Assembly (NCBI RefSeq): GCF_006345805.1 | Contig: NC_042999.1 | Span: 167,338,001 to 167,402,000 of the forward strand | DNA length: 64,000 bases | Direction of reading: 5' to 3' | DNA from: Octopus sinensis | Lineage: Eukaryota | Shown: piece after piece, positions 50,523 through 61,638 of the stretch | Layout: each line of letters starts with the position of its first letter | Numbering within the stretch: position 1 is the first letter of the stretch | Position numbers and translations under genes: made by a program | The notes under the pieces: model-generated | The model's database searches: none | Told to the model about the DNA's origin: nothing | Seen by the model: only the letters and a program-made list of their open reading frames with translations

Positions 50523-53500
50523 TCAGAATTTGGGCACTATGGCCCACTCAAGTAGAGAGTTATTGTTTACAGAGACATATCCGGGTGTAGGGGGTTTATC
50601 CGGGATTTCTTGAAGGAATCTGTCCAAAGACTTCTTGAACCCTATAGGGTCAGTTTCTGTTTTAATGTGTTTTGGTGTAATGTTAAAGAGAGCGGGGCCA
50701 ATTGAGGTGAAATAATTGTGCCGTATTGTTGTTATGAGATGAGAGTGCGATTTTTGTTTTGGGCGGATGGCACGGGGCCCAAGCCTTGGATGTACCCTAA
50801 AGGTGATGCCAACATCATTTGGGCAATGCTGATGGAATATTTTCCACATCATGCAGATAATGTAGCGCTCACGACGACGTTGGAGAGAATAAAGTTTTAG
50901 CTTTTCTAGTCGACCCCAATAGTCGAGGCCTGTCATGCCATCTATCTTTTTTGTGATTGCCCTTTGAGGTGCTTCAACTTTTATGATACCTTGTATTGTG
51001 TGGGGAGACCACAGTGGACAACAGTATTCAAGGTGGGGTCGGGCAAAAGTGGAGAAGAGAAAGATAATGGTGTGGATATCTCTCGAATGGAAAGTTCTGA
51101 GAATCCAGGAGCACATTCTGCGGGCCATGTCAACTTTGGTGTTTATATGAGTGGCCCAGCTTATGTTGTTGTCCACAACTACTCCCAAGTCTCTGATGTT
51201 GTTGGACGCCGCGAGAGTTTCACCTGAAAGAAGAGAGTATGGGAGTTTCAGGGCATCCTCTTTTCCAAAGTGGATTAACTCAAATTTATCCTCGTTCAGC
51301 AGCATATTGTTTTTTTCTGCCCATTGGATAACAGCCAGTAGATCTGACTGAAGGCATGTCCGGTCACTCGCCTCATTTATGACCTTCTGTAGCTTGGAGT
51401 CATCTGCAAAGATTTTTATGTTGCTGTGCTTGATGATGTCATTAATGTCATTAATGTAAATGATGAAAAGAAGTGGGCCCAGCACAGTGCCTTGCGGAAC
51501 GCCACTACTGACTTTGGCTGGGCTTGATTTTACCCCTTCAACTACAACATGTTGAGATCTGTCTGTAAGGAAACACTTGATCCATTTCAGTAACTTTCCA
51601 GAGACACCAATGTTGGATAGTTTTTTCAATAGGATCTTGTGATCGACCCTGTCGAAGGCCTTACTGAAATCAAGGTAGATGACATCGGTGTTGGAGCCCT
51701 CTCCCAAAGCTCTCAAAATGTCATCAAAGTGATGCAGGAGCTGCGTTAGGCAGTCCCTTCCATTACGGAACCCATGTTGGTTGGAGATCAGCCGTCTGTT
51801 GCTTTCCAGAAATTGGGTTATTCGAGATCTCACCACCCTCTCAAATACCTTGATGATATGAGAGGTGAGTGAGATCGGACGGTAGTTCACTGCAAGGGAC
51901 TTGTTTCCCTTTTTGAAAACTGGGACAACAGACTGGGACAGAAGGTATTTTGGAATATAGCCAGCATCCAGTGAGTTTCTCCACAGATTAGCAAGGGGAG
52001 ATGCAAGTTGGTGTCGACACACCTTCAGGACACAAGCAGGGAACCTATCGGGGCCTACTGCTGAATTGTGTTTTATTTCGTTTATCGCCGCTAAGACATC
52101 AGGGGCACTAAACGTTATGTCCGATGTAGTGTGTTGGGGGTTGACATCACTGATACAGCCCAGATCGGCCATATCAGGATTGCTGAAAACAGAGCAGTAT
52201 TGTTTCTGCAGTATCTCGGCCATGGATTTGGCATTATCTTGGAGAGTGCCAGTTTCGTCAATTAGAGGGCCAACAGTGGAGACAGTGACCCTGCGTTTCC
52301 TCGCAAATGAAAATAACACTTTGGGGTTGAGTTTGATTTTTTCAATGGCCCACTTCTCCTCAGCTGATCTTTGGTTATTGATGAGGGTCTTCATGCATTG
52401 TTGGAGGTTATATTTTTTGGATTCAAGCAGTGCGATAGCCGTCGAACGTGTGTGTTGCTGTTGGCAGTACTTTAGTTTGTTAATTTTTTTGTTTGTTCTT
52501 TTTATTTTTCTGATAATGGTTTTTCTGTTTTGGGGGATTCTGCACTTTTTGTTCACAGGTCTTGGTGGGGAGTGTTTTGCACATATGTCTGTGACGGTGT
52601 CTACAAAGATCTGCCAAGATGTTTTATGGTTGGTGGAGATGTATGTATGTGTAAAGGACCAGTCAACATGTGATAGCTCGTTCCTGATTGCATCCCAGTT
52701 GGCATTATGGAGATCCATGTTGTCAAATGGGTGGGCTGGAGGGAGGTCACTAGGATTAGCTTTCGGCTGGTGGAATTTCATGTTACAGAGAACCATGTCA
52801 TGGTGTGAAAGAAGGGTTTTTTCTACTGTAACGTTATGTATAGTGTTAGTGTGGTTACTAAACACTAGGTCCAAAATGTTCTGATGTCTTGTTGGTGCAA
52901 GGACAAGTTGGGACAAGAAAAACTCATTCGTAAAGTCGAAAAGTGACTCTGCTGCTTCTTTGTCAGCGGTTGAGGCGGGAGTGCTTGGTTTCAAACAGTT
53001 TGTAGTCCAGTCAACACAGGGTAGATTGAAGTCTCCCATCATGATTATGTTGCTAGAATGGCACTGTTGAATAAAGCACTTAATGCTGTTGAGGCATTCT
53101 TTAAATATGGGTGTTTGGGGCGGCCTATAGAGCCCAATTACTGTCAGGTCATTGGCTTTGTTGTGCACGGTGACTGATTCACAGTAGCCGTTGGAGAATA
53201 TACTATTTCCATCTGCCGTAAATGAATCATGCAGGAAAATGGCAGTTCCACCCTTCCTCCTGCCGATACGATCCGCGCGGATGGTTGTGAAATTCTTCAC
53301 TCTCACTTCGGCTTCCAAGTGGGAGTTGTCAAGGTGGGTCTCAGTGAGAATGAAGAAAGGGATGTGGTGTGAATGGTTACCAACCCAGTCTTCAATGAAT
53401 TGGACCTTCCATTTTTGTGCATTGATGGAAGGGCTGACACCTTGTGCATTGAGTAGGAATGTGGAGGTTAGTGTAGTGGCTGGTTTTGACTGTTGCAGGG

Positions 53501-53552
53501 GGCTTGGATTTTTTGTGTGTGTTAGTGACAGCAATGTGGGGAATTGGTGCAC
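50523..53552 (-). CDS. LINE ORF2: apurinic-like endonuclease plus reverse transcriptase
   Basis: LLNAQG, LTETHL, YRPP, MGDFNLP, LDLVF, SHHD (EN); NYRPISLTS, QHGFR, YLDFSKAFD, GVPQGTVLGP, FADD (RT). 1009 codons without interruption; the track's start is GTG and the frame is open up to TAA at 53651. Confidence 0.95.
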   Translation of the reverse strand: MHQFPTLLSLTHTKNPSPLQQSKPATTLTSTFLLNAQGVSPSINAQKWKVQFIEDWVGNHSHHIPFFILTETHLDNSHLEAEVRVKNFTTIRADRIGRRKGGTAIFLHDSFTADGNSIFSNGYCESVTVHNKANDLTVIGLYRPPQTPIFKECLNSIKCFIQQCHSSNIIMMGDFNLPCVDWTTNCLKPSTPASTADKEAAESLFDFTNEFFLSQLVLAPTRHQNILDLVFSNHTNTIHNVTVEKTLLSHHDMVLCNMKFHQPKANPSDLPPAHPFDNMDLHNANWDAIRNELSHVDWSFTHTYISTNHKTSWQIFVDTVTDICAKHSPPRPVNKKCRIPQNRKTIIRKIKRTNKKINKLKYCQQQHTRSTAIALLESKKYNLQQCMKTLINNQRSAEEKWAIEKIKLNPKVLFSFARKRRVTVSTVGPLIDETGTLQDNAKSMAEILQKQYCSVFSNPDMADLGCISDVNPQHTTSDITFSAPDVLAAINEIKHNSAVGPDRFPACVLKVCRHQLASPLANLWRNSLDAGYIPKYLLSQSVVPVFKKGNKSLAVNYRPISLTSHIIKVFERVVRSRITQFLESNRRLISNQHGFRNGRDCLTQLLHHFDDILRALGEGSNTDVIYLDFSKAFDRVDHKILLKKLSNIGVSGKLLKWIKCFLTDRSQHVVVEGVKSSPAKVSSGVPQGTVLGPLLFIIYINDINDIIKHSNIKIFADDSKLQKVINEASDRTCLQSDLLAVIQWAEKNNMLLNEDKFELIHFGKEDALKLPYSLLSGETLAASNNIRDLGVVVDNNISWATHINTKVDMARRMCSWILRTFHSRDIHTIIFLFSTFARPHLEYCCPLWSPHTIQGIIKVEAPQRAITKKIDGMTGLDYWGRLEKLKLYSLQRRRERYIICMMWKIFHQHCPNDVGITFRVHPRLGPRAIRPKQKSHSHLITTIRHNYFTSIGPALFNITPKHIKTETDPIGFKKSLDRFLQEIPDKPPTPGYVSVNNNSLLEWAIVPKF

Positions 53553-54733
53553 TGGGGTAATAGCATAGGATGGTGTTGAGTGATGGCTAGACTGTTTTTG
53601 TGTATCTCTTTTGCCATGTTCAACATGGCTAAAAAAGAATTTTCCTGCTTAGGGAGCAGTTTTTGGCTGGAGGTGTGGTTGTACTGTTGGATAGGGTTGT
53701 AGTTTCCACTTTTGTTGTTGTTGTTTTTGTGTCTTCCTGAAAAGACTGGACCAGCATTACTGCAGCATGGTGTGTTTCTATTTTTATTTTTATTCAGGTT
53801 TGTGTGTTGGCTTGAAGCCCCGTTTCTGTTTGTGCGTCGGGTCCCTGGAAGATGAGTGAAGGGACAGTCACTCAGCAGACATGTTCTCTCACGTTGGGAA
53901 TACCGGCAGATTTTGGGACTCCGAGTTGTGTGTGTTTTGAATTTCGATTTACTATTTGGTGGTGTTGATGTTATTGTGGGATGCGTGCTTTGGCCTTGGC
54001 CGGTAGTGCGTCTACTGCCGGGTAGATGCGTGAAGATGCAGTCACTATTTGTGCAGAGTCTCTGGCGCAGTGAATAGCGGCATATTTTGGGATTTCTTGT
54101 TTGTGCCGTGGGGGGCGCATTCTGCTTCCTATGTTTCTTTAAGTTTTTGTTACTGCAGTAGTATTGAGGTGGTGATGTGGGGGAAGAGGGCAGTGGTTTC
54201 TTATTTGGTTTTTTGTTGGTATTTTTGGTGATAGAAGACGATGGTGGCAGCGGTGGTGATGATGATGATGACAATTGTGGTGAAAAGATACTGGCATTTA
54301 GTGAATCATCTAGTAAGCTAGAGTTGAGGAGTGGCTGTTGTTGTTCTTGTTGCTGTGGCTGTTGTTGTTGTTGTTTTGCTTGACCGATGTTAGGGTCAGC
54401 CATTGTGCTGGGAACCAGGAGTGGCTCATTCTGTTGTTGTTGTTGTTGTGGCTGCTGATTTTCTAGCTGTTGCTGTTCTTGAACTGTGAAAATATGAAGA
54501 AGCTTTTCATAATGGCCTTTTGTCAGTTTGAAAGATACTTCGATATGTTTCAGTTTGCTACGAATCTGTTTGACGGATTGTGTGTTGACCACTTGTGATG
54601 TTTTTTCGGCAATCTCATTCAAACACAAAACATTTAGATTTTCTGTTTGGGAAAGAGAGAACCAAGTGTTTATTAAAACATCAATTTCGTTATCAGACCA
54701 ATTTCGTCTGTTGCAGGCCTGCAAGTTAGTCAT
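53522..54733 (-). CDS. LINE ORF1 (403 aa): Myb/SANT-like N-terminus, poly-Gln/Ser/Pro linker, two CCCH zinc fingers
   Basis: RRNWSDNEIDVLINTW...EIAEK...KQIRSKLKHI; C218-x8-C-x4-C-x3-H236 and C276-x8-C-x4-C-x3-H294. Confidence 0.85.
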   Translation of the reverse strand: MTNLQACNRRNWSDNEIDVLINTWFSLSQTENLNVLCLNEIAEKTSQVVNTQSVKQIRSKLKHIEVSFKLTKGHYEKLLHIFTVQEQQQLENQQPQQQQQQNEPLLVPSTMADPNIGQAKQQQQQPQQQEQQQPLLNSSLLDDSLNASIFSPQLSSSSSPPLPPSSSITKNTNKKPNKKPLPSSPTSPPQYYCSNKNLKKHRKQNAPPTAQTRNPKICRYSLRQRLCTNSDCIFTHLPGSRRTTGQGQSTHPTITSTPPNSKSKFKTHTTRSPKICRYSQRERTCLLSDCPFTHLPGTRRTNRNGASSQHTNLNKNKNRNTPCCSNAGPVFSGRHKNNNNKSGNYNPIQQYNHTSSQKLLPKQENSFLAMLNMAKEIHKNSLAITQHHPMLLPQCTNSPHCCH

Positions 54734-55099
54734 GTTTGTTTTTCTTTTGTTTGTTTTCCTTTTGATTTTTGAAAATATATATATTCTTTCTTGGGAGTTA
54801 AAGAAGTGTATATATAAATGTTCTCTCTTAAGGGTGTAAGTTTTTGATTATTTGGTTGTTTGAGGATATTAAAAGAAAAACAGGTGTATATAACAATTTG
54901 TAGTTAAATGAAAACGTACTTACGGGTTTGTAGGCAAACACGTGGTTACAAATAGGTCAGTTAAGTTTTGAAGCTGTGTAGCTTGCTACTGACTTGGGAG
55001 AGAAACAAATAGACGTCCGTCCACTTCAACAGTTCAGTTCAATATATATATATATATTATATATATATATATACACCACACACATATATATATACATAC

Positions 55100-55132
<33 letters not shown>

Positions 55133-55932
55133 ATATACATATATATATATATATATATAATATATATAGTAAGGAAAAATTTTTTTAAAATGCAGAATGC
55201 TCAAATGAAAGAAAATTTTGATAAAATGAGAAATTGATAAAATATATAAATATATATTTATTCAACCGGTTTTCGTCATTGTATGACTTGTCAAGAATAT
55301 TTATGTTTTAAAAAGTTTTTTTTAAAATTAGAAAGGGGAAAAAAAGAAAATTGCATTGTTTTTTGCAAAAGAATAATGATAAAAATGTACAAAAATAAAA
55401 AAATAAAAAAATAATAAGTACTCCGATACATTGTGAGTTCGTTGTGTATCTTGAGTTTTATGATTGTTCACGAAAAAATTACCTTGAGGTATTAAGATCC
55501 AAAGGGATTAAGAGCAAGTGTTGTGTGGTTTAATTCAGCATGTTTGCAGGACAGGAAGTAGTAGTAATTGTGGTTCTTCAGTTCCTGTGTTGTGAGTAAG
55601 GGGAGACAACTCTTTTGAGTTCTTCAATAAAACCCAAATTATAAAATTATCATTTTAGCTTCATTTGCGTTATCTTTTTTATATAATTGCTTGTTAACTT
55701 AACTTTCAGATTTTAACACTTTATTTATATTATTTTCTAATTATATAAATCTGCATAGATAATTGCATTTCAAATTGTCATATCATTTATAATAAAAATG
55801 ATAGTAATAACAACAATAGTAAAAATGATATTTAAAGAATATAAGTTTTAGCTTGAAGTGATGAATGCATGGTATCTTTATATATTTGTGTTAGTCCATC
55901 CATGAAGAGTGAGGTAGAGAAAGGAAGTTTGA

Positions 55933-56370
55933 TCAACGAGGAGTTTGCATATTAAGTTGTGTTTGGAATTTTTCAATAAAGAGATTCTCCTTGTTAATTC
56001 TCTCCTGTGTGGTGATCCCGTCTTTACATTGGTAGAAGGGGAATATATAGAATTTGGGGTTTAAGTCTTTAGCACATGAGTCTAAGTGGTCACTCAGTGG
56101 AATTTGTCGGTATTCCGGGAGATTTATTTGTTCTTTATGCACCGTTACTCGTTTACGTAACGGGAGACTCGTTTGTCCAACATAATTATGTTGGCAACCA
56201 GCGCATGTGAGAATGTAGATAAGGTTCTCGGAGGAACAGGAGAAGTTAGTCTTGATTTTAAACTTCGTACCTTGTTTGAAGGTAAATTCAGAGCCTTCAA
56301 GTACAAAGGGGCAGGTTTTTTCTTACTTATCATTTCTCCACGTGCGGTCAACACAACCCCACCATTTATT
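55933..56370 (-). pseudogene. Penelope-like element GIY-YIG endonuclease, 5'-truncated
   Basis: CPFVLEGSEFTFKQGTKFKIKTNFSCSSENLIYILTCAGCQHNYVGQTSLPLRKRVTVHKEQI...SDHLDSC...KENLFIEKFQTQLN; degenerate hammerhead-like motif downstream at 55256-55300 (minus). Confidence 0.88.
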
Positions 56371-56372
56371 GA

Positions 56373-56423
<51 letters not shown>

Positions 56424-56941
56424 CACACACCGAACTTTAGAAATAGCAGCCAAAGAATCTAGCTATTTCTTCTACTGTAAGAAACAACTCCCAGACAATA
56501 TATGCTCGAAAACATATCACGTAGGCAGAGAAAGAAAATAACGAAATTCACCCAGCATTTGATGAACTGTGGACGCGTTTCGAAATTAGATAGATATGAA
56601 AAATGCAAGAATCACATTTCCATTCTAATCACTTTTCTCTTCAGCACAGTATTTCAATATATTCTAAATTTGGTAGCACTGAAAGAACTGAACATACCTA
56701 TCTGACTCCAGTAACATCAGACAAATTATATTCATGACCAGTACCGCCGAATTCAAAACATGCGAATGAGGTCCCGCATTCTCCCCCGTCCACCCACGTG
56801 TGTTGTCAAGCAAAAATTCTACAGAAAAAATCTGTAGTTTATTATCAGGGAAAGGTGACACGCAGTGGGACTGAACCCAGAACCAAGTGGTTGGAAGCAA
56901 GCCTCTTACCACTCAACCCCAAACACGTACACACACACACT

Positions 56942-57063
<122 letters not shown>

Positions 57064-57432
57064 ATAATATATTTATTATAATAAGGGTTAGGCAAAAATT
57101 TGCTTCACCACACACCGAACTTTAGAAATACAAAGATGAGTCCTGGTGACAGTCGATCTGTTCGACTGAATGCAGTGCCCCAGCATGACCGCAGTCAATT
57201 GACTGTAACAAGTAAAAGAAAATATGTATATATATATTCTCCATGATAAATCGCTAGCCACTACACATTTTTTATTTTCTCTCCTTGTTTCTTTCTGTGT
57301 TTCTTTCTGTTGAAGAGCCTAGGCTCGAAACGCAAAAGACTTTTTCAGTTCCCGAGCGTTATACTAATACTTCTGTTTGTTGTCTACACCATCTGTCTTC
57401 ATCTTTTGTTTTTTTGTGAATTCGCCCTATAC

Positions 57433-57465
<33 letters not shown>

Positions 57466-57513
57466 ATATATATAAACATATATAATATATACATACATAC
57501 ATCATACTACATA

Positions 57514-57578
<65 letters not shown>

Positions 57579-57880
57579 TATACACACAATATATATATAC
57601 ATACACATATATATATACTTTTACTTATTTCAATTATTTGACTGTGCTCATGCTGGAGCACTACATTTAGTCGAACAAATCGACCCCAGGACTTGTTCTT
57701 TGTTAATCTAGTACTTATTCTATCTGTCTCTTATACCAAACTGCTATGTCACGGGGACATAAAAACACCGACATCGGTGTCAAGTGATGGTAGTGGTGGT
57801 GGGACAAACACAGACACACAAATACATACATTCAAACAAATATATTATATATATATATATATATTTATTTATATATATAT

Positions 57881-58770
57881 AAGTCCTTAAATCCTTTAAA
57901 AAGTTTCAGCCCGAAAGCTGCGGCCATGCTGGGGCACCACCGTTGAACGAGCTACACTAGTATGTTAAACTACCTCTGATACGTGGCACTTGGTCAACAA
58001 GGGAGTTCGACGCCGCTGCCCGCATCTGTGTTTCCTGTCGAGAGGTAGGTTCATCGGGAACCTCTGCCAAGAAGAGATCCAGTTTAATTTTAAAGAAACC
58101 CACATCCACACCATGCAGGTCTCTCAGGCATTTAGGAAGGATATTGAAGAGCTATGATCCCTTGAAACCCAAGCTGTTGCAGTATCTTGTCCTGTATTTT
58201 GATGGTGATGTTGTGATCTTTGGCACCATGCAGTGGCGCCCCGTTCTGCTGTAACTTTCAATGCCAAAATACGAGACAAGACCCTTCAAGATTTTCCAGA
58301 TGTATATCACTGCATATCTCTCCCGCCTTCGCTCCAGGGAGAAGAGTTTTAATACTTTCAGTCTTTCCCAGTAGCTGATATTTTGCACTGAGACGATCTT
58401 CTAAGTGTAGCTTCTTTGAATTGCTTCGAGTTCTGCTGTTAGTTTTATACTGTGTGGTGACCATAGTTGGGAGCAGTAGTCCAAGCGGCTGAGGACAAAT
58501 GTCTTCCAAAGGACCATCAGTGTCTACTTCTCTCTTATTCTGAAAGTTCGGAGAATCCATCCAGCTAGCCGTCTGCATTTTATCACCAAATTAGTAATAT
58601 GCACTTGGAAAGATGCATCATTGCTCATGTCAATGCCCAGGTCACGCATTGACTTTGACTCAGGAATTGCAATTCTTCCCGGGCCAGCCTATCCAGTCTG
58701 CATGTCGTTCAGCTTTGTGTGCCGTTAGCGCAGGGCTTGGAACTTCACTGCATTAAACTGCATGTTGTAT
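57881..58770 (-). mobile_element. 5'-truncated, degenerate CR1-group LINE 3' end (different family from 50.4-55.0 kb)
   Basis: YWERLKVLKLFSLERRRERY; 3' end ggtgccccagcatggccgcagctttcgggctgaaac plus short tandem repeat; (TA)n flanks. Confidence 0.85.
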
Positions 58771-58778
58771 ATATAATA

Positions 58779-58831
<53 letters not shown>

Positions 58832-58836
58832 GTTAT

Positions 58837-58868
<32 letters not shown>

Positions 58869-58967
58869 CATCTAATATAGGATAAAAATTTTCGAAAAAA
58901 ATTTTATCAATGGTCAGCATAATAAAAATAGCTTTAAAGGTTAAATTTATTATATATATATATTATA

Positions 58968-59024
<57 letters not shown>

Positions 59025-59110
59025 TGTGTGGTGTGTGTGTGTATGTGTGTGTGTGTGTTGTGTCTGTATATATATATATATATGTATATACATATATATA
59101 TATATATATA

Positions 59111-59280
59111 TATAAAATATTATTAGAGACGAAACCACTATTTTGCAAAACAAACAAGGAAAGACTTAATCAATACATAAAATTTTAATAAATAGTCAAA
59201 AAAACCGCCACTACAATTGTTTCTTGTCTTTCCTTGTTTGTTTTGCAAAATAGTGGTTTTGTCTCTAATAATATTTTATA
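59111..59280. repeat. 55-bp inverted repeat with 60-nt spacer in a PLE-like region
   Basis: 59111-59165 is the reverse complement of 59226-59280 with one mismatch. Confidence 0.8.
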
Positions 59281-59444
59281 ATATTTTACTATAAAATTGG
59301 ATTTAATCCTAAATCTGATTTTTTCCCTGTAAATTTGGATTTATTCCCTAATATTTATTATTTATATATATATATATATATATATAGATAGATAGATAGA
59401 TATATAGATGTACGTATATATACATATATATATATATACATATA

Positions 59445-59480
<36 letters not shown>

Positions 59481-59804
59481 GATGTATATATCTAATATAG
59501 GATAAAATTTTTCGAAAAAATGTTATCAATGGCCAGCATATTAAAAAATACCTTTAAAGGTTAAATTTATAAACAACTTATAAACAAGGGCAAAAGAAAA
59601 CAAATTCTAATGCCAAATATGTCGAAACTAGACTCATCGTTCATAACCATATAATTAATCACTATAAGCACGTGTCTCGAAGAAAGCCGACAGAAATTTC
59701 TAAAAAATTCCGTTATTACCATATCGGACCCGATTTCAGAGTTAATTCATAAGAACCTTCTCTTCGTCAATGAAAAATGCGGCAAAGAAATAAATGAAAA
59801 CTCA

Positions 59805-59862
<58 letters not shown>

Positions 59863-60187
59863 CATATATACATATATACTATCTACTAACATACATTTAA
59901 GTATCTGGACTCACGTTAACCGGTTTCTGCACTGGCAAAATACGCCTTAGCTTCTTCAGCCCGCGTTACCATGATTAGAGATTCCCAACCCATCGTTCTG
60001 AAGTCTGTGCTGCAACTGATTTGTTTCGCGCCGAAATCCCAGCAGCCACCAGTGTAAAATAATCTCGATACAATTTACGAGAAAAATAATTCACCAAAAA
60101 TTAATTTACGAAGGTGTCATTAATTCTATTATTATCCAATATAACTATTTTAAAAAAATAACAATATATATATATATTTAATATATA

Positions 60188-60268
60188 TTTCCTGATGAGA
60201 AGATTGCATAATGCACCCTTTATTCCTTTGGAATGAAAACATGTTGTCTTCAAAACATATGTCGAGAG
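60188..60268 (+). ncRNA. Type I hammerhead homologous to 26601-26686, with GAAA mutated to AAAA
   Basis: tttc-CTGATGA-gaaga...tcttc-AAAA-catatg-TC-gaga. Confidence 0.7.
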
Positions 60269-60467
60269 TAAAGGAAGTTTATTAACATCTTCGTTCGACT
60301 CCATTCTTTCATTTATTCATATACAACACACAAATTTCTGCACATGAACCCGAAGTTTCTACCCTTGGACAGGTCGCTTCAACCGTGTTTCTGACGTGAA
60401 TTTGCTACCCAGGTTTCGGTTAAACGAATTTTCCATGCTGACGATTAACATAGGATAATTCATTCAC

Positions 60468-60509
<42 letters not shown>

Positions 60510-60780
60510 TACATGCCGAAATCTACTTGGTGTAATTAATAATTATTCCAAATTAATTAATTTCACCCTTTATTGTTACTGATAACCATATTTTATCCCA
60601 GTAAATGACCACAGCATCTTGTCTTGGCTACACGCGGGTGGAAGGGGCTGGTGACACAAACTTTCATTCACACTTTGAATTTCGTGGTACTGGTAATGCT
60701 TTGGCTCGCTCTGACACTGAGTTGAGATAATGCCTTCTAGTATCTCAAAATTTATATACAATTATTCATAATTGTAGTAT

Positions 60781-60871
60781 CCTACGCTGATGAGAAAAGA
60801 AGTTTGGGTAAGGTAGAATTTTCTAATTCTTATGCTTTCCTAAAACTTGATTTCGAACGTACGTCCGTAGG
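60781..60871 (+). ncRNA. Type I hammerhead, copy 1 (one A missing from GAAA as assembled)
   Basis: cctacg-CTGATGA-g...c-GAA-cgtacg-TC-cgtagg. Confidence 0.75.
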
Positions 60872-61360
60872 TGACTAAAATTGTATGATAGATTGCCGTC
60901 ATTTCATTCTCTCTTACCTGTCTGTGTTTGCCTTTCAAGTGCTGGTTTTTACTGAGATCTCCCTTTTAGTAGAAAGAATAGCTATAACTCTTTGACTGCT
61001 ATTTCTAAATTCGGTGTGTGGTGAGGCAATCCGTTGCTAAACCCTTAATTGCTTAGTATTACTTAAATTTTCCTCGAATGAGGCTTTTACATGCCGAAAT
61101 CTACTTGGTGTAATTAATAATTATTCCAAATTAATTAATTTCACCCTTTATTGTTACTGATAACCATATTTTATCCCAGTAAATGACCACAGCATCTTGT
61201 CTTGGCTACACGCGGGTGGAAAGGGGCTGGTGACACAAACTTTCATTCACACTTTGAATTTCGTGGTACTGGTAATGCTTTGGCTCGCTCTGATACTGAG
61301 TTGAGATAATGCCTTCTAGTATCTCAAAATTTAATATACAATTATTCATAATTGTAGTAT

Positions 61361-61452
61361 CCTACGCTGATGAGAAAAGAAGTTTGGGTAAGGTAGAATT
61401 TTCTAATTCTTATGCTTTCCTAAAACTTGATTTCGAAACGTACGTCCGTAGG
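61361..61452 (+). ncRNA. Canonical type I hammerhead, copy 2
   Basis: Stem I cctacg/cgtagg; CTGATGA; G-C-closed long stem II; GAAA; palindromic stem III acgtacgt; GUC, predicted cleavage after 61446. Confidence 0.9.
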
Positions 61453-61638
61453 TGACTTAAAATTGTATGATAGATTGCCGTCATTTCATTCCCTCTTACC
61501 TGTCTGTGTTTGCCTTTCAAGTGCTGTGTTTTTACTGAGATCTCCCTTTTAGTAGAAAGAATGGCTATAACTCTTTGACTGCTATTTCTAAATTCGGTGT
61601 GTGGTGAGGCAATTCGTTGCTAAACCCTTAATTGCTTA

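Larger units (their letters stand above)
50432..55041 (-). mobile_element. Full-length, apparently intact CR1-group LINE (two ORFs)
   Basis: ~300-nt 5' UTR, ORF1, ORF2, short 3' UTR with ggccaataatggcc stem-loop and (TATCAAAG)3 terminal repeat; (TA)n on both flanks. Confidence 0.92.

Noticed and set aside
52066-54839. Plus-strand ORFs overlapping the CR1 LINE
   Set aside because: Antisense shadows of ORF1 and ORF2 with no independent motifs.
59660-59965. Two further minus-strand hammerhead-like motifs (59660-59770, 59912-59965)
   Set aside because: Several core or stem I mismatches; treated as decayed PLE remnants, not functional ribozymes.
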